DNA of 48,277 bases from Christensenellaceae bacterium (GCA_045631625.1 JAZQVG010000167.1:1-48277), one strand, 5' to 3'. Positions 17,035 to 25,492 are shown, counted from the stretch's first letter. The notes: generated by a model not told the origin, from the sequence alone. Numbers and translations: made by a program.

Positions 17035-17706
17035 TTAATCTTTTAATGTGACATTACTTGCTTGAGCCGTTCTAATAATTTTTGCCACAAGTGCCATATT
17101 GCCACTTGCTTTTGCTTCATTATATTGTGACTGTAAAGCGTTAATGTCTTGCGAGCCAATATTTATACTTGGGTTGCTCGCTTGAAGTTCCTCTTGCCAC
17201 TTTTTATGAAGTCTATCTTGAGTTGCTTTTTGAGTGTCACAAATTCTTTTAATTTTACCCAAAGACGCTTCTCTATCTTCAGTAACAAGTTCCAAATAAA
17301 CTTCCATTTGCTCATCATCAAAACCTGCTTCTTTAAGAAAAGTGCTTGCTTCTCTTTTATTGAGTGCAATTTCCCTTTCTTTAAAAGACAACTCATATTG
17401 TCTTTTTTCTTCGTTAAATCTTTCTTCGGCAGACAACTTTTGTTTTCTCTCATATTCGGCTATGGCATTTGCTTCAATATCTTTTCTATAAAGTTTGTCA
17501 TAATCCGCTTTTGTCAAAACATTTTCACCGTCTTTAACTTGAACATTTCTCAAAGCCTTTTCAGCACCTTGCTTTTTAAGGCTCGCACAAAGGTTGTCAT
17601 ATTCTTGTTTTGTAAATTTAATATAAGGTTCTTCGTGTTCAGGTTGTTTAGTTGCCGTAGGTTGAACTTCGCCACCTACTTGTTCTTTGTTAAGCATTTC
17701 TTCCAT
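17035..17706 (-). CDS. capsid scaffolding protein
   Basis: 223 aa, a K/E-rich predicted coiled coil lying between the portal and capsid genes. Confidence 0.6.
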   Translation of the reverse strand: MEEMLNKEQVGGEVQPTATKQPEHEEPYIKFTKQEYDNLCASLKKQGAEKALRNVQVKDGENVLTKADYDKLYRKDIEANAIAEYERKQKLSAEERFNEEKRQYELSFKEREIALNKREASTFLKEAGFDDEQMEVYLELVTEDREASLGKIKRICDTQKATQDRLHKKWQEELQASNPSINIGSQDINALQSQYNEAKASGNMALVAKIIRTAQASNVTLKD

Positions 17707-17750
17707 AATTTTGCTCCTTCCGTTTTAAGTTCGTCAACTGCAAATTCCGT

Positions 17751-19373
17751 TTATGGTTCGTCAACCTTTTCCGTTTTATCGCTACCGTCAGCGTTTTTAT
17801 TATCAACCGATTGCTCGGTAGTTTTTTGTTTTGCTTTTTCTAAAGCGATTTGTTGGTTAAGAGCAAATTGAGCGTCTTTCTCTTTTTGCTCGTTATCCAT
17901 TTTAATCGTATCGCTAATATCCGCTACAAGACCGCTTTCCGCATAAGCCGTGTACCTATTAACACCTGCATTAACCATTTCTCTAAAGTTGTTAACCGCA
18001 GTAGTTTTGTTTTCGGCTTTATTTCTCATTGAACGAATTTCAATATCACCAATTTGTAAATCTTTGAAAGTACAACCCTCATAAGACTTACCAATCTCAA
18101 GCAATTTTTCAATAAACAACATTTCACCTTCTATCATATAGTCGGTTATTTTAGTTGCAAGGTTTTCAAATTGCCTAAATCCGTTTCTATTTTCAACCGC
18201 AATACCTGTATCTTGACCTGTGCCACCATTTCTTGTCGGTTGTTGCAATTCTTCGTTAAGTGCTTCAACTAAATAATCTTGCAACTCTTGAACTTGGCTT
18301 TGGTTTAATGGAATATCAAGAACGTCAATATCGGGTTGAACATCTGCTCCGTCACGGCTTTCTACCGCAAGGAAGTGATTAGCCATATATTTTTGTATTC
18401 TTTCTAAAACAGGGTTGTTGCCTTTCTCGTCAAACTCGCCTAAATCAATATCTCTTAACTTAATGATAAAGTCGGTACTTTGTTGTACGCTATCTAAACG
18501 ACAACTTGCTAAAGTGTTTATAGCGTCCATTAATCTAATAGATAATTCAAAGTCGGCAACTCTGTCGCCTGTCCTTTCAAATTCTTGTAAAGGAATAAAT
18601 GTTTCGTTAGCAGCACCTTTTAAAGAAACTTTAAAAGGGAAAGCGTCAATAAGTGTTGAAATTCCGTTAATTACAGTATTAAATGGCAAACTTACATAAT
18701 CACCTTTGCTATCCTTAACAAAAGTCCATTGGTGGTATTTAGTCCAACAATTAAACACGGTTTCAACTGCTTTGGTTTCTTCTCCTTTATCGTTTAAAAC
18801 TCGCCTATCGTAATAGGTTACGCCAAGCACTTCTTCTTTGTCAATAGTATTAGTGTAAACCTTAAATGTTTTAGAGTTGTCAATATCCGATACAATGCGG
18901 AAAAATTGACCTTTTTCTAAATCTTTTTTTGTAGGTCTTAATGCTAACTTATAAGAAATGCCGAATTTTGCACCGTTTTCGGCACAATTTCTCGTATGTT
19001 GGTGTCCTCTTGCTAACTTTAAGCACTTGTTAAAAGCAGTCATTTGTTCTTGTTTTGAAACTTCCGCCTCGTTGGTTACATACTTAAATGGTTCACCAAA
19101 ACAATAGCCGTTATTCATTTCAACGGTACTTTTAGCCTTTGCAAAAGTAAACTTGTTGTTTATTTCTTGCCTCATATACTTTTGCTTTGAAAGTATTTTT
19201 TCGGTGTCATTGAAATACCAACTTTCGTTAATGCCATAAGCCCTAACATTTTGTTTATGGTAGGGCAATGAATTTTCTATTATTTTTGGTATAAGTGCTT
19301 TATCGTGTGCGATATTGCCATTAAGCACTATATCGGTTAAAATTTTAACCCTTCCGTAGTTTTTGCTCGACAT
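17751..19373 (-). CDS. portal protein
   Basis: 540 aa immediately downstream of the large terminase gene, with an acidic C-terminal tail. Confidence 0.7.
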   Translation of the reverse strand: MSSKNYGRVKILTDIVLNGNIAHDKALIPKIIENSLPYHKQNVRAYGINESWYFNDTEKILSKQKYMRQEINNKFTFAKAKSTVEMNNGYCFGEPFKYVTNEAEVSKQEQMTAFNKCLKLARGHQHTRNCAENGAKFGISYKLALRPTKKDLEKGQFFRIVSDIDNSKTFKVYTNTIDKEEVLGVTYYDRRVLNDKGEETKAVETVFNCWTKYHQWTFVKDSKGDYVSLPFNTVINGISTLIDAFPFKVSLKGAANETFIPLQEFERTGDRVADFELSIRLMDAINTLASCRLDSVQQSTDFIIKLRDIDLGEFDEKGNNPVLERIQKYMANHFLAVESRDGADVQPDIDVLDIPLNQSQVQELQDYLVEALNEELQQPTRNGGTGQDTGIAVENRNGFRQFENLATKITDYMIEGEMLFIEKLLEIGKSYEGCTFKDLQIGDIEIRSMRNKAENKTTAVNNFREMVNAGVNRYTAYAESGLVADISDTIKMDNEQKEKDAQFALNQQIALEKAKQKTTEQSVDNKNADGSDKTEKVDEP

Positions 19374-19406
19374 TTAATCCACCTTAAAATACCTTTATAC
19401 ATTAAA

Positions 19407-19435
19407 CACATAGCACAAATAAAAGAATTTGTCAA
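19407..19435 (-). promoter_or_regulatory. promoter-like element with TGTGCTATGTGT -10 region (type shared with 24537-24565)
   Basis: Minus strand: TTGACA(19435-19430), 17-nt spacer, TATGTG(19412-19407). The spacer ends in TGTGC. It lies between terL and the portal gene. Confidence 0.4.
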
Positions 19436-19442
19436 GTGATTT

Positions 19443-21389
19443 TTACAAAATTCCCGAAAAATTTTTATGAAGTTCTTTAATTGTGCCTAATCTTTGCTTT
19501 TTATAAATAAATTCTTCGGCAAACATAGCCATACAATCGGGTGCGTCATCGGGGTTAGTTTTCTTTTGACCTTCCAATGAACTCCAATTACATAAATATT
19601 GCATAAACAACCTTAATTGGTGTCCTTGTGGCAATGTTTCGGGGTTAGGGAACTCCATATTTTCTTTGATAGTTTCTTCCATAGCAAGTATTCTACTCGC
19701 TTTATTTGATTTTTGACCTTTGCGACTTGTGTATCTATCCCTAAACTTACAAGATTTATAACCCATTTGACCGCAAATCATTTTAAGTAAAGCACTTGTA
19801 GTATTACTTGTATTGCTTTCTAAACAACACTCAATAGTTCGTGTGTCTATAAGTTTGCGACAAACTTTTTTTGCAAAAGTATTATTCCTATCTTCATTTA
19901 CACCAAGAGATTTTTGCTCGAATATACAATCCATTAAACGATATTTGCCATTTTGTAAATTTTTTCTAAAAATAGGCATTACAAAGAAGTCGTTACCGCT
20001 TTTTCTCGTTGTATCAACCATTGTCACCGCATAATTATCAACTGTGCCTTTTCCTACAAACCTAAAATCATAGGTATTTAAAAACCTAATATCGAAAGTT
20101 TTAGGCTCTCTACTATCTCTTTTTTGCCTATAAATAAGGTTGTAAACATAGGGCTTGCCACGATTTTCAAAGTATTGCCTTTTACTAACCAATTTTTTAT
20201 CGGTGTATAATTCGGGGGCTATACTATGACCTTCGCTATCTTCAATGTCTACAAGACAAGTAAAACATTTGCCATCGGGCGTTACTTTTATAAACTTAAA
20301 TTTAGGCAGTTTTTTTAACCCTTCCTTTTCCCAAATATCAATAAACGAGTTTTGAGTGTCATATTGGTTATACATTGTGCCTTGAATAAGAATAGGCGAG
20401 TTATCATCGTCACTTCTATCCATAACGTCAGACATTACTTTATCGGTTATTGCCTTGTGCCTTTCGTCATTATCCATTTCGTCTTGACCATTTGATAAGT
20501 CGTCAAGTACCGCACCGAGCATAGAACGCTTACCGTTGATACCTGCTTCTACACCGAACATAAATATACTATCGCTTACTTCGGGGTTGCAATCTTTTAA
20601 AAGCAACTTTTCAACACTTCTATTCTTCCAACAATCTAATTGCCCTTTCGCATTTATATACTTTCTTATTTCGGGGAATAAGTTTAACCAAACCTTATCT
20701 TCTATCATTTTAGCACATTGGTCGCCATAGTTGTTAGCGTTTGTGCCGTTGTTAGTCATACGAATAAGCCCACTTTCGCCATATCTTATCCAAAAGTGCA
20801 TAATCATAAGATTAGTGTAGCAGTTCGCCGCATAAGTCTTACCACTTGAAGGTGGTAAACAAGTAACCCCACGATTAGGGTTAAAGCCGTCAATATGGTC
20901 TATACCAAGTGCCGTTTCTAAAACCCTATCATAGCAAAAACAAGGCTCAACTAATAAAGTCAATCTTCTTGGCACTTTTTGCTTGTTGCGTTCTCTATCC
21001 ATATCGAAAACTCGCATAACTTGTAAAGTATTCCAACGAGCCGATATATAAAGCATTTTGTTGCGATTATCTATTAAATCACCCTTTTCTTCGGCACTAA
21101 TACTTGATTTGCCTTTGCCACCAATAAAATATGAAAGCAAACTTTCCATTGTTTCATACAAAAGCAATGCCCTTTTAGATATTTCATTGTCAAAAAATAT
21201 AATGTCTTGTGTAGGTATTGACCTATAGGCGTGTAAATATAACTCTTGCCCTTTAGATATGTTTTGGCTTATATAAATAGCAAGATTAAATTTCTCTACT
21301 TTATTTTCCGTAGCCTTTAGTTTACTCAAGTATTTGTCTATAAAGGCTAATAAAGAGTTAAATTTCGGTGTCTTTATCGCAGTAGTCAT
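19443..21389 (-). CDS. terL: terminase large subunit
   Basis: 648 aa. Walker A-like LPPSSGKT, Walker B-like GAVLDDLS, and a C-terminal nuclease-type acidic motif (MVDTTRKSGNDFFV). The portal gene follows. Confidence 0.8.
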   Translation of the reverse strand: MTTAIKTPKFNSLLAFIDKYLSKLKATENKVEKFNLAIYISQNISKGQELYLHAYRSIPTQDIIFFDNEISKRALLLYETMESLLSYFIGGKGKSSISAEEKGDLIDNRNKMLYISARWNTLQVMRVFDMDRERNKQKVPRRLTLLVEPCFCYDRVLETALGIDHIDGFNPNRGVTCLPPSSGKTYAANCYTNLMIMHFWIRYGESGLIRMTNNGTNANNYGDQCAKMIEDKVWLNLFPEIRKYINAKGQLDCWKNRSVEKLLLKDCNPEVSDSIFMFGVEAGINGKRSMLGAVLDDLSNGQDEMDNDERHKAITDKVMSDVMDRSDDDNSPILIQGTMYNQYDTQNSFIDIWEKEGLKKLPKFKFIKVTPDGKCFTCLVDIEDSEGHSIAPELYTDKKLVSKRQYFENRGKPYVYNLIYRQKRDSREPKTFDIRFLNTYDFRFVGKGTVDNYAVTMVDTTRKSGNDFFVMPIFRKNLQNGKYRLMDCIFEQKSLGVNEDRNNTFAKKVCRKLIDTRTIECCLESNTSNTTSALLKMICGQMGYKSCKFRDRYTSRKGQKSNKASRILAMEETIKENMEFPNPETLPQGHQLRLFMQYLCNWSSLEGQKKTNPDDAPDCMAMFAEEFIYKKQRLGTIKELHKNFSGIL

Positions 21390-21642
21390 ACTTTTTCTTA
21401 CCTGCCTTTTCCATTAGTTTCTTATAAATGTTAGTATTCTTCCTAATCAATAAAGCGTTGCACCAATTTTCAACTTCAAATTGCTCCCACAAATAGTCTT
21501 TCTTGCTTAAATATGCACAAATCATTCTCAAATCATTAGCATAGTTAAACCCAAGTTTCTTCGCAAGAATTTTTCTATCAAATCCTGTTTGCTTTATATA
21601 TTGCCTAAAATATTCACCAATAAAATTACTAATTTTGTTCAT
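21358..21642 (-). CDS. small HTH-like protein upstream of terL (possible small terminase or regulator)
   Basis: 94 aa with AAGGAG RBS. It overlaps the terL start by 32 nt. FDRKILAKKLGFNYANDL is HTH-like. Confidence 0.35.
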   Translation of the reverse strand: MNKISNFIGEYFRQYIKQTGFDRKILAKKLGFNYANDLRMICAYLSKKDYLWEQFEVENWCNALLIRKNTNIYKKLMEKAGKKKYDYCDKDTEI

Positions 21643-21660
21643 TTTACGCTCCTTTTCTTA

Positions 21661-21689
21661 AAAATATCATAGTAATTTTTGTTTGTCAA
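21661..21689 (-). promoter_or_regulatory. promoter of the packaging/head operon
   Basis: Minus strand: TTGACA(21689-21684), 17-nt spacer, TGaTATTTT (-10 at 21666-21661). This leaves a short leader containing AAGGAG. Confidence 0.45.
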
Positions 21690-21710
21690 GTAGTTTTTGT
21701 AATGTTTTTG

Positions 21711-21741
21711 CAAAAATAAAAGGTAGGGGTTTATTCCTACC
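21711..21741 (-). terminator. rho-independent terminator
   Basis: The minus-strand RNA is GGUAGG-AAUAAACC-CCUACC followed by UUUUAUUUUU, just after the stop at 21758. Confidence 0.65.
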
Positions 21742-21757
21742 ATTATTTTATTTATAA

Positions 21758-22234
21758 TTATAATTTTTCGAGTTGATTAATTTCTTCTCTATATGCTTGC
21801 CTTTGTGCTTTAATAGGTGCATATTCTTCTTCGGTCAACCAACCTTCCGCAAATTTAATCGCTTGATAATCAGTTTTTGCTAATTCTTCTTTAAGAACTT
21901 TAATTCTTGCTTTTGCTCGTTGCTTTACTAATTCTTCTTCGCTACGAAATTTAGGTATTAAATCACAAGTGTAATAAGTTTCGGTCACTTCTTCGTGTTC
22001 AACAAGTTTAGTTTCTTCTTGTTGCGTTTCTTCGTTCCACTCGATAACTTCTTCGGTGTATGCTTCTTGAACTACCCTTGTTGCTTCACGAACATTGTCA
22101 ACTAAAAGATAATCGTAGTTTTCGGGTATTACATTACATTCTACAACTGCTATATCTTCATCGTTAAATATAAAAGGCTTTTCGCTTGGTTTTCCTATTA
22201 CCCTATTATTTTTAATATTATATGCTATATACAT
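21758..22234 (-). CDS. tail-fibre assembly chaperone-like protein (paralog of 6280-6714)
   Basis: Start at MYIAYN (ATG 22234, GGAGG RBS 6 nt upstream). The C-terminus YQAIKFAEGWLTEEEYAPIKAQRQAYREEINQLE resembles tail-fibre assembly / DUF4376-type chaperones, as far as I recall. Confidence 0.5.
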   Translation of the reverse strand: MYIAYNIKNNRVIGKPSEKPFIFNDEDIAVVECNVIPENYDYLLVDNVREATRVVQEAYTEEVIEWNEETQQEETKLVEHEEVTETYYTCDLIPKFRSEEELVKQRAKARIKVLKEELAKTDYQAIKFAEGWLTEEEYAPIKAQRQAYREEINQLEKL

Positions 22235-22235
22235 T

Positions 22236-23717
22236 TTATACCTCCGTTGCAACGTCAACTACTTTTGTAAGTGTGTAAGTTGATTGAATAGTAAAATACC
22301 ACCATTGTTCAGGAACATAGATTCCTATTGGATTAGATGCACCGCTATCATACACAAGAATATTAGATGTTATAGTTTGAAGATTTGAAGCATTTATACT
22401 AATAGTGTCACCGTTAATTACAAACATATTTGTCGATTGCGAAGTAGAATAGAAGTAACCTTCAGCAGCAATGTTGTTAGTTGTCCCATCCAAATCTCCA
22501 TAAACAGTAAAAGTGTGTAAATATGATTTTGAGCCACCGCTTCCACCACCTACATTAGCAATAGCATCGTCAACATATTTCTTGTTTGCAGCGTGTCCGT
22601 CACCAGTTGGTGTACCAGTAACTAAAATACCACTTGGTACAACTTTATTATATTCTTTGGTTGCGTCAACATAAGCGGGTATTCTCCCTTTAATTGCACC
22701 GCCAGAATAATTACCTATTTGCATTAATTGTGTTGAACCATTTGCATTTATTCTTAATAAACTTTCTACTGATGGGTTATCAGGTTTAGTTATTTTTGTA
22801 TCTAATTGGTTTTTATCAACCATTTCAACCCAAGTGTAAACACCTTCAACTATTGATTTGCATTGATAACTTGTACCGCTTGTTGTATCGGTGTAGAATT
22901 GACCTAACTCGCCAACCGTTTCAGTAGTAGGTGCGGTTGTGCCTTGCAAGATTTCTTTAGGTATAGCATAAACAGTTTCGCCTACTTTTAACTTTGATAA
23001 ATCTTCAGTTGGTGCTTCCGTAGGGTTGGCTTTTACATCGCTACAATTTTTAATTTCTACATACTCTCCCTTTTCATTAAGGAATTTATCTTCGCTACCG
23101 TTTTCTACTTTGCTTAACTTTTTGTCAAGTGCTTCAGTAATCACCTTGTTTTGTACAGGGTTTTCGCTTGTAAGACTTAATTCTTTATCTACAACATTTA
23201 AAGAAATAAGTTTATCGTACCATTGTTGTAAAATGTCGGAATATTCTTCAACAATAGGTTCACCATTGTTCATACCATTTGCGATTGTAATATCCGTGAA
23301 AATCGCAGTATTCCAAGCATAGGTTATTTTATCTTCTTCACTACAAATAAATTTAACTAAAAAGTTAAGTTTACCTGCATAAATTGTAGCATTACGAGAT
23401 ATTAGCCAACTAAAAACAACTTTATCGCCATTTTCTTCGTTTAATTGTTTATCTTCGCATATATAGACATCTTCGTTTTTATCCGTACTACTTCCCGAAA
23501 TATTTATGTAATGAATTTCTACCCTATTGCTTAAAGACATATCGTGTCCTTCAACATATCGTGGTATTTCAAAAGTAAATCTTTCCGAGTTGTGGTCGTA
23601 TTGAATTAGTTTTGTTTTTTCTTTAGATTGGTTTGTTATTACCCTTGTAATTGGGTCTATTGAAAAGTGTGGGTCACTATCAAACACATAATGTCTATGC
23701 TCTAATATGTTTTCCAT
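22236..23717 (-). CDS. BppU-N-domain tail fibre / receptor-binding protein
   Basis: 493 aa. The N-terminal ~170 aa (FSIDPITRVI...IQYDHNSERFTFEIPRYVEGHDMSLSN.VEIHY...) follow the BppU_N (baseplate upper protein) pattern. It also has the fibre motif AANKKYVDDAI, a GGGSGGS linker and a C-terminal tip domain. Confidence 0.6.
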   Translation of the reverse strand: MENILEHRHYVFDSDPHFSIDPITRVITNQSKEKTKLIQYDHNSERFTFEIPRYVEGHDMSLSNRVEIHYINISGSSTDKNEDVYICEDKQLNEENGDKVVFSWLISRNATIYAGKLNFLVKFICSEEDKITYAWNTAIFTDITIANGMNNGEPIVEEYSDILQQWYDKLISLNVVDKELSLTSENPVQNKVITEALDKKLSKVENGSEDKFLNEKGEYVEIKNCSDVKANPTEAPTEDLSKLKVGETVYAIPKEILQGTTAPTTETVGELGQFYTDTTSGTSYQCKSIVEGVYTWVEMVDKNQLDTKITKPDNPSVESLLRINANGSTQLMQIGNYSGGAIKGRIPAYVDATKEYNKVVPSGILVTGTPTGDGHAANKKYVDDAIANVGGGSGGSKSYLHTFTVYGDLDGTTNNIAAEGYFYSTSQSTNMFVINGDTISINASNLQTITSNILVYDSGASNPIGIYVPEQWWYFTIQSTYTLTKVVDVATEV

Positions 23718-23739
23718 AATTTATTCTCCATTTTACAAT

Positions 23740-24402
23740 TTATCTATTAAAGAATTTAACAAGATTAGTTCCAAAAACCTTGTCTATTCCAAGCATTGCA
23801 CAATAAACAACCAACGCCATAATTAGCAACACAAAAATAGTGGTTGCTATAACCCTTGCCACCTTGCCAAATGTCGCTATTGCTTCAAATATCGCATTTA
23901 TGCCGTTAAAAAGTGCAAGCACAATACTAAACGCACAATAAGGCACAGTAAACAATATTAGCATAAGCACCATTAAAGGTATCCCATACGACCTATCTTT
24001 GTAATCTTTTTCAACTTTTTTGTCATTTAAAGGCTTATGTATAAGCGGTGAAAAATCAAATTCCAATATCGGTCTAAACGATACATAAAACGCTTCCGCC
24101 TTTACTTGCTTTGCATTTAACGTCTTTGCTTGTTGCTCAACCCTATCTTGCTTGAAACTTTCCTTTATCGTTTCCTTTTGCTCTTTAACTAACTCCGATT
24201 GTAGTTTTTCCGTTTCCTTGCCTTGACCGTTGATTATCTTGCTCGTTACTTGTGCTTTCGCAAAATCGTTAGTTGTTTCATTAAGACTTTTGCCATTTTC
24301 TACTTGCTTTTTCAAAAATTCTTCTTGCAGATTGTCTAATTTTACAAATTTTTTGTTGCCATTTTCGTCTACCTTGACAACCATTTTAGGCGTTTCTTCC
24401 AT
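23740..24402 (-). CDS. membrane protein with charged N-terminal half
   Basis: 220 aa. The N-terminal 110 aa are K/E/Q-rich and the C-terminal half has 3 hydrophobic helices. The start is preceded by a G9 tract that serves as its RBS. Confidence 0.65.
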   Translation of the reverse strand: MEETPKMVVKVDENGNKKFVKLDNLQEEFLKKQVENGKSLNETTNDFAKAQVTSKIINGQGKETEKLQSELVKEQKETIKESFKQDRVEQQAKTLNAKQVKAEAFYVSFRPILEFDFSPLIHKPLNDKKVEKDYKDRSYGIPLMVLMLILFTVPYCAFSIVLALFNGINAIFEAIATFGKVARVIATTIFVLLIMALVVYCAMLGIDKVFGTNLVKFFNR

Positions 24403-24408
24403 TTCGCT

Positions 24409-24417
24409 CCCCCCCCC
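24409..24417 (-). repeat. G9 homopolymer (C9 on plus strand) forming the RBS of the 23740-24402 gene
   Basis: Minus strand reads AAAGGGGGGGGGAGCGAAATG. Confidence 0.9.
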
Positions 24418-24536
24418 TTTCTTTTTCTAACAAAAAGTAGTTGACTAAAAACTCCACTCTCACGCAAAGAAAAACTCGCCAACCTTTTTAAGTTTTTAGA
24501 CTTTCAAAAACAGGAGCAACAAGAAAGCCTAAACCA

Positions 24537-24565
24537 CACATAGCACATTTTTATAAAAAAGTCAA
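24537..24565 (-). promoter_or_regulatory. promoter-like element with TGTGCTATGTGT -10 region
   Basis: Minus strand: TTGACT(24565-24560), 17-nt spacer, TATGTG(24542-24537). The spacer ends in TGTGC, the same 12-mer as at 19407-19418. Confidence 0.4.
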
Positions 24566-24570
24566 GTATT

Positions 24571-24765
24571 TTATGCTAAAAAAGGTAAAAATTTAATAAC
24601 AATTTCGGGATTGAATAACCATAAACTCAACACAAACCCACCTAAAAATAAAAATACTCCGCCTAAAAACGCCACAAAGTCACGATTGAATAGGTTTTTG
24701 CCTAAACAATAAATCACCCCAAGCGGAAATATCACAACCATTAAAATCGTCATAAATTTCTTCAT
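24571..24765 (-). CDS. small two-helix membrane protein
   Basis: The track ORF extends to 24819. The ATG at 24765 (MKKFMTIL...) lies 8 nt from AAGGGGG, and the longer form would have to include the hairpin at 24794-24824. Confidence 0.55.
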   Translation of the reverse strand: MKKFMTILMVVIFPLGVIYCLGKNLFNRDFVAFLGGVFLFLGGFVLSLWLFNPEIVIKFLPFLA

Positions 24766-24793
24766 TTCCATTACCCCCTTGCAATTAAAAATC

Positions 24794-24824
24794 GGTGCTT
24801 GATATTTTCCGTCCACCAAGCACC
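24794..24824 (-). terminator. terminator/attenuator hairpin in leader of first late-strand gene
   Basis: Perfect 8-bp stem GGUGCUUG(24824-24817)/CAAGCACC(24801-24794) with a 15-nt loop, followed by GAUUUUUAAUU. Confidence 0.45.
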
Positions 24825-24866
24825 TTAAAACATTTAAGGAGTTTCTTCACTCCCCCACCTATTCGC

Positions 24867-24895
24867 ATTGTAACATACGATTTCGCCTTTGTCAA
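24867..24895 (-). promoter_or_regulatory. sigma-A type promoter (late strand, proximal)
   Basis: Minus strand: TTGACA(24895-24890), 17-nt spacer, TGtTACAAT (-10 at 24872-24867). Confidence 0.65.
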
Positions 24896-24939
24896 TACCC
24901 TTTTGTAATCTTTTTCAAATTTTTAAAAATTTTTCCGCC

Positions 24940-24973
24940 AACAAAAAGAAAAAGGCACGACCTACCGCACCTT
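24940..24973 (-). terminator. orientation-specific rho-independent terminator
   Basis: The minus-strand RNA is AAAAGGUGCG-GUAGGU-CGUGCCUUUU followed by UCUUUUUGUU. Two G-U pairs in the stem become C-A mismatches on the plus strand. Confidence 0.6.
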
Positions 24974-25076
24974 TTCCCTCTAGGAGTTCTTTCTACGAAT
25001 GAAAAACAAACAACAAACGATTTGTGCGAAGCCCTACATTTAAGAAACAAACTTTTTACCGCCTGCCCCACTTCGC
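24942..25076 (-). ncRNA. candidate ~135-nt non-coding transcript (promoter to terminator, no ORF)
   Basis: Bounded by the promoter at 25083-25111 and the terminator at 24940-24973. The only ATG is followed at once by TAG. It has a long-range GCGAAG/CUUCGC pairing. Confidence 0.3.
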
Positions 25077-25082
25077 TCTCTT

Positions 25083-25111
25083 ATCTTACCACAAAAATTC
25101 CCCCTTGTCAA
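25083..25111 (-). promoter_or_regulatory. sigma-A type promoter (late strand, distal)
   Basis: Minus strand: TTGACA(25111-25106), 17-nt spacer, TGgTAAGAT (-10 at 25088-25083). Confidence 0.6.
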
Positions 25112-25166
25112 CCACTTTTTCGTAATTTCCGCTAATTTTTCTTCGCTTTCTACGCAAACAAGGTTT

Positions 25167-25217
25167 TGTAACCTTTTGCAAAATTGTGCCATTAACCCAC
25201 AAAATGTAACCTTTTGC
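25167..25217. repeat. 13-nt direct repeat TGTAACCTTTTGC x2 in control region
   Basis: Copies at 25167-25179 and 25205-25217. The first is embedded in the inverted repeat AAGGTT-TTGT-AACCTT. Confidence 0.85.
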
Positions 25218-25408
25218 CATTTTTAGAAAAGTTTGTTTGGGTAACATCTATATATGTCCGCCGTTTGTTATAGGGGGCGTGGTTGCCATTTTAAGCGGTG
25301 TTTATTCTTAACTTGAATATTTTATTGACTTTATGATTAAAACGGTTTTTAGGGCGGTTTTTGTGGCTTGTGGTATGTGTTTAAATGGTTTAAACGGCTA
25401 TAATATAG

Positions 25409-25424
25409 TTTTAAAGGCGTTAAC
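25409..25424. repeat. motif TTTTAAAGGC(G/T)TTAAC, second copy at 26879-26894
   Basis: 15 of 16 positions are identical. Both copies follow CTAT and lie in non-coding AT-rich DNA upstream of early promoters. A second shared motif, CATTTTAACG(G/C)C, occurs at 26809-26820 and in reverse orientation near 25479-25490. Confidence 0.7.
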
Positions 25425-25492
25425 CGTTCTAAAGTTTAGTAATATTAAACTTTTTGTTTACAAAATAATTACTAAAAACGGCGTTAAAATGC

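Noticed and set aside
17725-17785. Direct repeats (ACGGAA...GTTGACGAAC twice, ACGGAA three times on the minus strand) across the portal stop and the scaffold start
   Set aside because: They are short and partly within coding sequence. The likely cause is a small duplication of the portal C-terminal KTEKVDE codons, and no independent function is supported.
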